Shown here in pieces: positions 25,201 to 37,200 of a stretch of 64,000 nucleotides of DNA. The DNA comes from Phoronis australis (lineage: Eukaryota > Animalia > Phoronida). How positions within the stretch are numbered: position 1 is the first letter of the stretch; every line of letters starts with the position of its first letter. The notes under the pieces were generated by a model. That model saw only the letters and a program-made list of their open reading frames with translations. It made no database searches and was not told the origin of the DNA. The translations under genes were made by a program, and so were the position numbers. The DNA is taken from positions 1,307,793 through 1,371,792 of the forward strand of contig NMRA01000004.1 of assembly GCA_002633005.1 (NCBI GenBank), in the 5' to 3' direction.

Positions 25201-28200
25201 TGTTGTGTCACTCATTGGCCAGTTTCTTTGTGCGCTAATTCTTCAATTAACTGCCGTTCTTTCACGAGGTTGCGTATGTCACAACAAATTATCGGAATTG
25301 GTTGCACTTCATTATACTAGTTTTTAATATTTTAATACCAACAAACCAAATTTTAGAACAAATTTTGCTGTCATCCTCTCCCGAGAGATGTCGTAAAACT
25401 TTAGGAAATGGCTCGTGCGCGTGTCACGAGCGTACTGTTTTCAAAACGACATACTTATCTTTGTTACAAATGTCTTCCTACAGTTAGCTGGCTGATACGC
25501 AAGACAAGATGTCATCCTACACAGTAACTACATTTTAATTAATATTTCACGTCGTCTTCTGTGTCTTGAAGCCAGGTCCGTCCTTTCTCAGTGCCAATTA
25601 GATTCAAAATCTCGCCTTGTTTTCCTCATAATTTTTGACTGTGATATTTTGTTTTTTTCTACCGCAGTTTGCTTAGGAGGGCTGACTCCCTATGAAAAAC
25701 TCCATTATTGTTATGCTTGATAAATGAAAATGAGAACACCCAAGACGATAGCACGTGCACCAGTTGTGCACAAGTATACGTGCGTATCACAATTCTGCCT
25801 CGTGCGTGGACTTACAGTTTTCAAGGGAAGGGATAATACTCGTTGTCTTGCCAGTGGAGAAACGCTGGGCTGTACTGCTAAATTATGTGACTGGACCAAA
25901 ATACTGAAAAAGCCTTCTCACCTGGAATTGGAAATCTCTTGGCCTCACCAAATAGACTGTATACATGTATGATCAATCTAGCTAAAAATTGCGGTATTTT
26001 ATTTCGCTAATTACGATAACAAGGACAACCACTTTAATTTTTAAGTGTTTTCAATGTTGTTATTAGTAAATTAATCTTGGCTAAAATTACACTGTATAAT
26101 AAGAAGTCAGTTCCAAGAAATGTGATATTAAGTTGCTGTGAGAACATGGACCGGTCTAATGCCTATCCCCCTTTTTCCTTGTTTCGGACTACCACACGTT
26201 GCACTCACTGTGATCTTTTGTCCAGTCGAATCGCATAACGGTTAATATCTACTGACTCGGTAGGAATGCACTGCACTGATGTTTTTTACTGCCGGAGGGA
26301 GCATCGACACACGGACCAATCTTAACCTTAAATTCAAGTTAAAAGCAGCACAGGGAGGAGAATTTTATTCATCTTTATGTGGAAAACAAATAGAGTGCTT
26401 TTGCACTCTGAAAATTTGCTTGCCACCTGGGCGATCGGCAAGTGAACTTCTGCTCGCCCAGTACCATTTTTACTCGCATTTGCGATTGGGTGAGTGGCCA
26501 GGTATATCCCTGGAATGGTACGCAACCTTTTGAAGAAGGACGTCTGATTGAAGAATTGTGCATGACAGACGTACGGCAAATTTGTATGTCCGTCACACCG
26601 ATGAAATTACATTTTTCAGCCAATAAAAATAACCCCAGGTCTTATTTTTACTTTCTAAACTTGCTAAGGATAAAATGTATCTCACATTTGAGAACCTCGA
26701 AACGATTAAATAAATACAAAGACCGCTTTAAAAGTAAGTAATTCAAGTTGCTACAGATTGGTCTTTTGCAAGTTCAAAAGTGTTTGCAGATAAGTTATAG
26801 TTTACGATGTCATCTAGTTATTCTTAGTAGAATTCAAGTTATTAAAATCAGATACTTGGACCACATTGTAAAATGTAAATGAAACAAAATGTTAATTTAA
26901 TGATCATATTGTTTTTCTGTTGCTGCCCCATGTTTGTAAAGAAATGCTTAGCTTTTGGAAAATTCAAGAGGCAAAAAGATAGATATAAAAGAATTCCTAA
27001 GGTGCTCGAGTATAAATAACAAGAGACCTAAAGGAATACGTGTCAAGTTACTGTTGAACTGGAATCAACGAGTCATTTCTGCTCTGACCTACTATGCTAT
27101 GTTTTATGGTAAAAAAGCCGATACTGGACATTTTAAGCGGTAGCAGCCGGTCACATACTTTATTGAGCATTTTTGTCACACCCTCACTGACTATAGTCAC
27201 TCTTTTTGTGTTTTTCAGGGTCTTCGGTGGCTTGAATGAAATGATTTCATAGCAAATGTTCACATCGTCTCATCTTACATATTTTTGATCTTGCAATCTT
27301 TTTAAGAATTGGACCAATTTTTTCTGCTCAGCTTCGAGGAGATTAAACCGATGTTTAGAAACGAAAGAGGAAATTGTTGGAGACCGTAGAAGGAACAGAT
27401 GCAACTGGGAGAAAAATAAATATCTGCTGGAATATTCTCTGAATCTCGAAAAAATGCCATCGTGGATCAAAAAATTCATAATTGTACCTGACAGTATGTG
27501 AACCGGGACATTAGTTAACGCCTCTCTTTAAAATAACAAAGAAGGCGTGAGTTACAGAGCTCGATGAAAAGCTAACCATGCTAATCACTAAATAGTAACC
27601 AGCATCTCATAAGTTAGCTCTACATATTCCCAAATCATAATTCTAAATGCAATGAATTTACAATGTCTTGTTTTCACACTAGAAGACTGGTTTTGAATCA
27701 AAATATAAATGCCATAAGTCGATACTGTCAACTAAATCAGGCTTCACACTTTGTTATGAGAAGATATTGAAGTCCTGTTACTAATACTTTTAAAATAGTA
27801 TCTTTTGTTATTTATATGTGCGTGCATTTGAACCAAATGGAATTGCCCTAAGAAAAAAATTGGCCAATAAGTGACACTCTATTTCATGGCGCCTATGTCT
27901 TTATTCAAACTCTTGATGATAAACGAGGCGTAATGTAACTTCAATAAAGCAAAACGTCTTAACCAAATTTCATTGGGACTGCCTTTACTAATCCTTAATC
28001 TCATAATGTGTCTTCAAAATAGTTGAGTGTTAGTGTGACACCTGTATTTTATTTCTTATTATTGTTTACTACTGATTATTACAGACCAAAACCAACTTGC
28101 ATCAGCTCAGCAATTCCTAGAACAAGCTGTAAAAGATAACTTGGTGAGTGTTGGTTATACGCATCATTTATCCACTTGCAGGCTTACAAACTTATATTGG

Positions 28201-31200
28201 CATTAAACCTGTATTTTCTGTCTCAAGCCCAAGTTTTTACATAGGGCAGTAAGGCCACTTACCATTACAAAAGTGGCCTGAAGTTGTTCTTACTCACAGG
28301 AATGATTTCCTGGCTGTGGAAGAAATGACGGTTCTTTAATTACTCTGCGCGTGCAAGCGCAGAGTACTGTTGTTCCTAGGTTTTCTTCAATTTTATTCTT
28401 ATTCTTATTCTTCTTGCGACCAACTTCGAGGCTTAATAACTCCAAAATGGTGCAGGTATGTACTTTAAATTCTGCATGTGACTTGGCAGTACATAAATTT
28501 TGATTCGTTATATAATCATATTCCATATTTCACCGGAATAGGTGCAAAGGTCATATAATTTTCAAAATGCCACTCCTTCAGTTTTAAAGCTATCTTTTTC
28601 AAATTCGGTGCTCAAGTATAGGTAACATGACAATTTAAAAAATTACTTTTCTAAGTAATCGAATCATCCAATCAAATAAAACAGGTCAAAGGTCATTAGG
28701 TGCAAACTAAAATTTTGAGCTAGCCACTTCATACTCACAAGTCTGATTGGTATGTCTAATTCAATTCGAAATACAAAGTTTCAGGTGCAACCATGGGGTC
28801 ATTAGGTGCATTTTTCTTCTGAAAATTTGTCCTTTTCATTCACCATGTATTCTGATGTGTCAACTGTTAGACATTTGTGATTCTCAGCATTAAATATACT
28901 TTTTACGGACTTTGCAGTAGCTCTACTAAAAGGGCTTGTAATGCACTAGATGGGGTCAATTAGTGCAAAGGTCATCTACTTTTGAAAAGGTTATTTCTCC
29001 TACATTTTTCAAGGAATTCTCTTCTATTCCAGCGCATTGGTGTTAACCTACATGCCAATAAAATGACTTACTTTACTAAGCAATAGGGCCATCCAATCAG
29101 AGAAAATAGGTCAAAGGTCACTGAGTGCAAACTAAAATTTTGAGCTAGACACTTCAAATTCACAAGTGTAATTGGTACGTCTAATTAAATTCGAAATACA
29201 AAGTTTCAAGTCATTTAGTGCAACCATGGGGTCATTAGATGCATTTTTCTTCTGAAAATTTGTCCTTTTCATTCACCAAGAATTCTGATGTGTCAACCGT
29301 TTGACAACTGTGAATCTCGGCATTAAACACACTTTTCACGGGCTTTGCAATAGTTCTCCTCAAGATGCTTAAAATGTACCGAATGGGGTCAATTAGTGCA
29401 AAGGTCATCAAAATATAAACATGTAATTTCTTCTATAATTATAAAGAATTCCTTTTCATATTGGTAAACGGTTGCTGTCAGTAAATTCCCATAACAATTC
29501 CTTTAATACGCACGCGCGGAGTCCATTATTGTCACGCCGTGACAAAAATCTTTCTAGTTCTTCAGTTGAAGCTCATAAAATTTTAGGTCATGCGGTGACC
29601 TGAAGCTTCATCTGAAGAAATGACAATTTGTCAGCTCTTCCCGACCCCAAAGACCACATCTAAACTCAGTGGGGAACAAGAGATCAGTTTTTAACAGTAA
29701 GTGGCCTATAGACCGATTTCCATGGTAACGGAACGGACGGAATTTCACGGAATGAAGGAGCGTTGGATAGCGTTCAACAAAATCCTTTTGGCGCCCTTGT
29801 AGCAGGGGTTCCCTTCTAGATCAGGCAATTATTGACAAATGGGAAATGTTATCGTACTGTCTTTGACTATTGCAGCTGGGCATGCTTCAACAGCTGTCTG
29901 CCATCCTAAGGGAGGTAGGCAACAGTGCCGTGGCTCGTATGCAGGCTGGTCTCCAGCTCAAGAACGCCCTCTACTCCAAGGACCCAGCCATATTCGAACA
30001 TTACCGCAACCGTTGGAGGTCATTCGATGAACAGGCTAGAAACTTTATCAAGACAAATGTGAGTTTCAGGCACTGTGAATGTGTGTTGTTAGTTGACAAC
30101 AGAATTAAACGTAAAATAGAAATACTGTGTAGTTGAAGCTTAAGGTAAGTGAGATGTGCGTGTGTGTTCAAGATTGGCTCTTGATAATGATGAATGTGTA
30201 ACCAGTCATTCCACTTATGCTGATGTTGAATTCACTTGTATTCCTGACATTATCTTGAATTGTGCTTGCATTTTGTTGTCATGGTGACTAATACACAAAA
30301 TATCGTCATTAAAATGAATTCTTTTCTATCATGTCTTTTAACCATGACACCACTGTAAAACAAGTTTTCTTGTGCCATTGTGCCTCTTTGGCTTACATTC
30401 CTCTATATGAATCACGCCCTGGCGCACGTTTTCTGAGAGTTGGTTTGGGAATCTCCTGGTGCATTGGAGTGTTTGTCTCATTTGGCAGGTTGTGTGCAGT
30501 CTTGGCACAGAAAAGTTTCGGCCCAGCTCAGCACCCCAGTGTGTGGCTTACATTGCCTGCGCAGAGTTGCCACACAACATGTGGCCCGACCTCATCGACG
30601 TGCTGTCCAGTCATGTGACGAACTGTACAAACACAAGTATGATGAGGGAGGCCGCCTTGGAGGCCATTAGCTACATCTGTCAAGATATTGTGAGTAACGT
30701 ACGGCAGAAGTAAACACTTAACACAGCAACACGGTAGGAAGCACTGGCAACATCAAGCTTCATTTCATAGATATATAAGTAGACTCCTTCTGTGTTGCCA
30801 ATTTCATTCCTAAAACTTCAGAAACATGACTGATAGTTGGATCAACAAAATTATCCAGAATGTTTCCACGGGTGAAGAGTCGTGCCAATGGTTACATCAT
30901 TAAGAAATTGACGCATGATATTTCTTTGTTTCGAAAGTGTTGTTGCTTCATGGTAATTTGGGACCGATGATTGTGTTCTCCCTACAGGTGTCCAAACATG
31001 GTGCTGCTCCATCGTACTGCACCATCATGATGCTGCACCATCGTGTTGGTGCTCCATGTTTGGAAATCTTGAGCCATGTCAAGCCCCGAGTCCTGTTTGA
31101 AATCTTGAGCCAAGAGATTGTCATTGTGTTCCAACATGATTCATTTGTTCATTATTTAGCAGTTAATATGATTGTGGCATGGCTATGGCATGCTGTGTAA

Positions 31201-34200
31201 CTATGGTTGTTTTTGTGACTTAATAGAAAGGAAGGTTACTAAGCGAGACCTTGACACGTAATTTGCATCTTGTTTGAATTTTTGTCCAGGGAAAACCCTG
31301 AATGCAAAAGCCAGGAGTCTTCTAATGATAAGCAACTCCTGCTTGACAGTCTCTGAAGTGCCACTTTACATAACTCTCAGTGGACTACCATTTCTCAAAA
31401 CGTTTCAAGATTCACTCTCATAAAACGAGCTTTCTGTGCTTCCTTACAGGACCCTGATGTAATACAGGCAAAGAGCAACCAGATTCTGACAGCCATTGTG
31501 CACGGTATGAAGAAGGAAGAGTCAAGCAAGGAGGTCAAGCTGGCAGCAACTAATGCTCTCCTCAACTCTCTAGAGTTCACCAAGGCCAACTTTGACAAAG
31601 AGGTATATGGCAGTCTATTTCATTCAGTTTATTTTCAATAAGAAAGTGTTGCATTTCGCCCTGTTTAGCAACCTAAATACGAAAATCGAATCAGGGCTGT
31701 TCCAGTAAAATCTGTATGGGAGGGGGGGGAAGGCACTTTTTTTTTGCACNGGCACAATGAAACAACAACGACCTGTAATTTTTTATTTTTTTGAAGTACG
31801 ACCACCAGTCATTTTGAATTTAAATCAAACACAACCACCCATAAATTTTTATTTCAACTGCCGTCCCCCCCCTCCCATACGGATTTTACTGGAACAGCCC
31901 TCAGGTCTTTAATGCTAATAAATTCAATCTTCTAATATTCCTTACTGTTGCCAACAAAAACATCGAAACCACCAGTGACTCTAGAAAGCAAATCTAGAGT
32001 TTAATATATTTAGGTTGGCCTATAGGTTGGCCAACCCTAAAATTAAGAACTCTATAATGGCACGTGTGCGCATTGCCTGCGACTCGAGGTGGTTGTGAAA
32101 TCCTATGATGAAAAGAATGCTATGAGTTTTCGTTTTTTAATCCAAGAAACTTTGCGAAATATAACTCTTAAGTTCGGAGCATTGATATGTGACTGAAGCA
32201 GCATGGATATGCTATAAGTAATTGCATAAAATATTGTGTCGCGGTCAAATGGCTAATTCCGCTTACATCGGAAAGTGGTTTTGAGACACTGTGACTAGTC
32301 ATCGTGTCAACATGTTATTCAGTAGAGTAGCCTTTCCATCTTGATAACTTTGTTTTGATAATTTCTTGTGTTGTGTTGGGGAAATTCTGCTTGTATTCAG
32401 CCGAGGGAACTGGCAATTTCGGCTCGTTTTGTTCCATTACGTTTGGTGTGCACTGCGTAAAACCGCACAACCGGGGACTTCTTAGCAAACATGCGTATTC
32501 CCTAGTAAACTGATAATAGACCCGTGTACTCAGTTTTGTAGTTGGGATTAAAATGTTAAATGGTTTGTATTCGTTCAAGCGATTGGTGGTGATAGGACAC
32601 AGTGAAGGTTTTGGAGAGATAAGTTGTGCATGTTTCGGAGATGGATGTTTTTGCCATGGATGTAGATCACTTAAAACCTTTGTTTGCCTTGCAGAGCGAG
32701 CGTAACTTCATTATGCAAGTGGTGTGTGAGGCGTCACAGTCAACGGACCTACAGGTGGGTTATCTCTCTTCACCTCTCATGGCCCATGTCAAACCTATCA
32801 AACTGATACTTGGACACTTCTTGCCAAACTGTCATTAATTTTGTAAGGAAGGGAATGTTTAAAAACATGCCCTTCGCTGTCCAAAAGGAAACTGATAATT
32901 CAGTTGGCAAATAAATGTATGGTTGGCCAAAAGGAGAAAGCTACCGCCATTATTGCGACCATATCTTTACCCCATTGAGCCAACCATATAAATATAGTAT
33001 TGTTGACTTACACAGTGCGCCACCTGGTGCTGCGATGTCACAAAATGAACACAAGTTCATGTGTGGTATCAGTTGCTAGTAAATACTGCAGTAGTAGCTG
33101 TGAGTGCAGTCTGTGCAGCGCTTGGCGAGCACAGCAATAATTGGGTCTTGAACATAGCAATGATTGGTCTTGAACACAGCAATGATTGGTCTTGAACACA
33201 ACTGGCTCTCTTATATCAATCAGCACAGCACAAATGTGACTGGATATCATCAACACAAGGATATAACAATATATTTAGTCTGCTGTAATAAACAACCCAT
33301 ACGATGTGAATGTGATGAGTGTGAATATGTGTATATGTATGCAGTATTTGTATTTATAATGCATATGTTGTTATTTGCAGGTATGGTACATAAATTTTCA
33401 CAAAATAGGCTATATACCTACCTACTGTCAAATCTCCATTGATTTAGACCACTTAAGTCATGTAATTGGTCTTTGCCTGTTCCTTAGTCTGTTCAGAAAT
33501 GATTTTAGGACTTGGACAGAATGGACAAGGCTCAACGAATTTGGCTGACCAGACTGGTCATTTTACGAAACTTGCTTTATCTCAAGCGATGACAAATGGT
33601 TAAAAACAAGTTGGGGCCAATTTTATGATCGTAAAATGTCTAAATCAAAAGTTAGTGACTTTTTTTATCAAAGTCCGTCTGGTTATGTTAAGGCCTTGTG
33701 TTGGTTGTTACTGTTGTCCTTCAATATGCTTGCTTCCTCCTTAAGTACTCAACTCATACTGCTTTGCAGATCAAGGTGGCCGCCCTACAGTGCCTGGTCA
33801 AGATCATGTCTCTCTACTACTCTTACATGGAGCCCTACATGGGGCCTGCTCTATTCGCAGTAAGTCTCGACTGGTTGGTTACTTCTCGGTTAGAGTTTCA
33901 AGGGAGGTTATGTATTAAATAGCCTTTGTGGTGCTTGAAAAGTATTTGGTTGGTTGGTTATATAGCACGTCTTCCAAATTTTGACACTTTCTAATGCTGC
34001 ACAGGCGTTTGGTTAGCTTAGTTTAGATATAGCCTTAGTTTTACATTTGGTAAATGAATAAATGTAAAATGGTCAAAACAGCTGTGACTGTATATATACA
34101 TGTACGAGTGTGTGGACTTGTGTCATTTAAGAAATTATCATGCTGTTGAAATTAACATTAACTACTATGTGTCGCAGTAAACCAGAATGACTTATTACAT

Positions 34201-37200
34201 TGTTGATATCTAGCATGATTATTATGCTAATGAAGTTACTGATAAAAGTTTGACATTGGATATCAGTGATGGATTCTGAGAACCATTTAAAACTAAAAAA
34301 GTGGGCTCAGAAAATGGCGTAGGAATAAAAAATTATGAACATTCACTTAATGATTCAAGCCGTTGTAAAGAGACAAGTTCGTTCAATTTGGTTGACGGGA
34401 GATTTCTAAAAAAGTGACTAATGTTACAGGGATAGGCACATTTGCATTGCATATACTTTTTGTGTTGGCTACTTTACTGGAGTTTGAGTTTGAGTCCCTT
34501 TTGCTGTATTACTGAGTCTGGTTTTTCTGTTTCACTTTAGCACCACTGGCGTGCGACCCTGTGTTTGTCTCTATTCATGCTGTGTGTTTCAGATCACAGT
34601 AGCAGCCATCAAGTACATTGACCCTTTGTTTGTCACTATTCATGTCATGCGTTTCAGATCACAATAGCAGCCATCAAGAGTGACACCGATGAGGTGGCGC
34701 TGCAGGGCATTGAGTTTTGGTCGAACGTTTGTGACGAAGAACTGGACCTTGCTATCGAGGCATCAGAGGTACTGGGATTGTAACGCTCTTTGAAGGGACA
34801 TCCCCTTCTTATTAACAAAACGCAAACTATAAACTAGGTTATTTGGTCATACAAAATTATTCTCCAATGTTTTCATGTAGTAACCATAAAATGGACAATG
34901 TCGAAAATTTTCCGAAGTTTCAGCTTACAGACCTGCGACTATTCACCGCTTTTTGACTAGAACTGGTTTCATTTGTGGCTAAATTTCGACAAAATGTTGG
35001 CAGGTGTTGTTCCACGCACTGTGAGGACTCGCTTCACACTTGCCTTGCAAGTCAGATGATAAATATACAATTACTGGCTAGACTTAACAATGTAGCATGA
35101 AATTCTGCTAATATTTTGTGCAAGATGTTCGTCTCACTATGCCAGGGTCTGAAAGAGGAGTTTGGGTGAATTTTTTTCCAGTTTATTTTGAAAACTACTA
35201 TATCACGAGATCTCAACACCGGTGATTCGTGACCAGTAGGTATAAACAAGTCATTGGTCAGTGCTTGTCAACCTTGTCAGTCTCTAGTCACTTCCTGTCA
35301 GGAGGTGAGCTCTGTAGCCTTCTTCAGGTGATAGAACTTGAGGGAAATTTCAAGACCAGTTTATTAAAGTCATTTGGCCTTATTCATAATTTATTGTTTG
35401 GACTGTAAATCTGTTGAAGATGAAATTGCAAAAGCGCTGTTACAGTTTTCAAAATTACAATTTTGTTTTCGTTTTATGCAACTCTTGATTTCTTTTCGTG
35501 AAAGTCCCACTTTTGTTGGCCCTCGTGTGAAAGTGGAGCACTTTAAAAACAATACTCAACAGCTTTTTGTAGAACTGTATAAAGCATGGTATTTGAAAGT
35601 TAAAGAATCTGATCAGCTGTTTCTGAGATATGGCATTCCATAGTTAGCCAAATTTGGACCTAGGTTCCTACATGGCATTCCATAGTTAGCCAAATTTGGA
35701 CCTAGGTTCCTACATAACCTTTATTGTAGACCAAAGTAACTGGAAAGCTAGCTTGTGATTGTCAGGTTTATGTTTTTATTGAGAGTTCAAAACTATCACA
35801 TCTGTGAAAGAATTTCAGGCTTGTTGAATGTTACCCTTTAAATACCATCATTGGAATCGAAAGCTGTAATCTTTTGTCCTCAGGCAAAGCGAAGTCCCAG
35901 GTTCTGGCCTGGCAGTATTTGCAAGGGTCATTTTAGAAGCCGTGGATATTGGTCTATTTACTTGCAGGACCTCAAATCTATGGGCCAATTTAGATATCCT
36001 CTTGGCCACGTTAGTTTTTTCTGCTGCTATAATTATCCCTGTGCTTGCCCTAATATCTAATTGGTAGAATTTGTGAAAGTGTTTCACCGTGTTTCTTAAT
36101 AGGCAGCTGAAATGGCTCGCCCCCCTGAGAGGAACAGCATGTTCTACGCTAAAGGTGCCCTTCAGTTTCTTGTACCACTCCTCTGTGACAGGCTGGCTAA
36201 GCAGGTGAGAGTAGCAGTGTGTTAATTGAACAGTTCAGGAACAGTTTGATTGAATGGATTTAGAGTTTACGTAATATCAGATGTGTTGTAGAATCAGGCC
36301 ACCAGGTGGAAAAGATTGTTTTCGTTCGAATGACTGTGCTGAAGTACAATATTTTCCTGAAATCTGTGGTGGGGTCAAAGTTTGCTGAGAGATGCTGCAG
36401 TGGGTGCTTGATTTGGTGGTACAGGTGTAAAAGATTAACACTCTGGTTTTTTACGTGTCTAGCATCTCACTTCTGCCCAATGTTGGGTCGAATAACTTCC
36501 GGTTCTTGTGCCGATAGCTAGACTATGATTGGAGATCTCACCCAGGTATGCATGGCAGTGGTTGTTTCGATTAAGTGTCTGTAGCCGTTGTCTTGGTGTT
36601 GTTTTGTAGGAGGAGTTTGATGACGACGATGAGTGGAACCCGTGCAAGGCGGCGGGGGTGTGCCTCATGTTGATGGCCACCTGCTGTGAGAATGACATAG
36701 TGCCACATGTACTACCGTTTGTCCACAAACACATCATGTGTGCCGACTGGAAGTACCGCGACGCGGCAGTCATGGCCTTTGGTGAGTACTGCTCCCTCGA
36801 GCTGTCTGTTTTGTATCGGGATAGCGTATTGGATGTACATTGCATAAGTATTGCTCCACGTTTGCAGTGTAATCACCGACAATAGTCGCTTGCAGGGGTT
36901 CTGTAGTTTAAGAACAAGTTTGATGCCTGTTATTCAGTGGGTAAATCTGGTTCTCAAAATACAGGACCCCGTAAGTGACTGTGGCCTAATCACCAACCAT
37001 GGTCAGTATGCAATTGAATGTCATACTATCGCGTGCAGTACGGTAGAGGGCAGTCGCTGTAAGGGTGCTGTGAAAATTAGCGCCTGTCGCTTATACTGTA
37101 AAATTTTCCGGGTCACGGTCTCCTACTTGCACAAAATCAAAGGTCATGTTTGCAAGTTCGAGGTCACAATTTGGAGACGGATCGTAAATCCAAATTTCTC

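Noticed and set aside
28640-29480. Long direct repeats that could suggest an array or LTRs
   Set aside because: They are the internal tandem duplication of a HINE-like element, with no spacers, PBS or TG..CA ends. Nothing CRISPR-like is present in this eukaryotic window.
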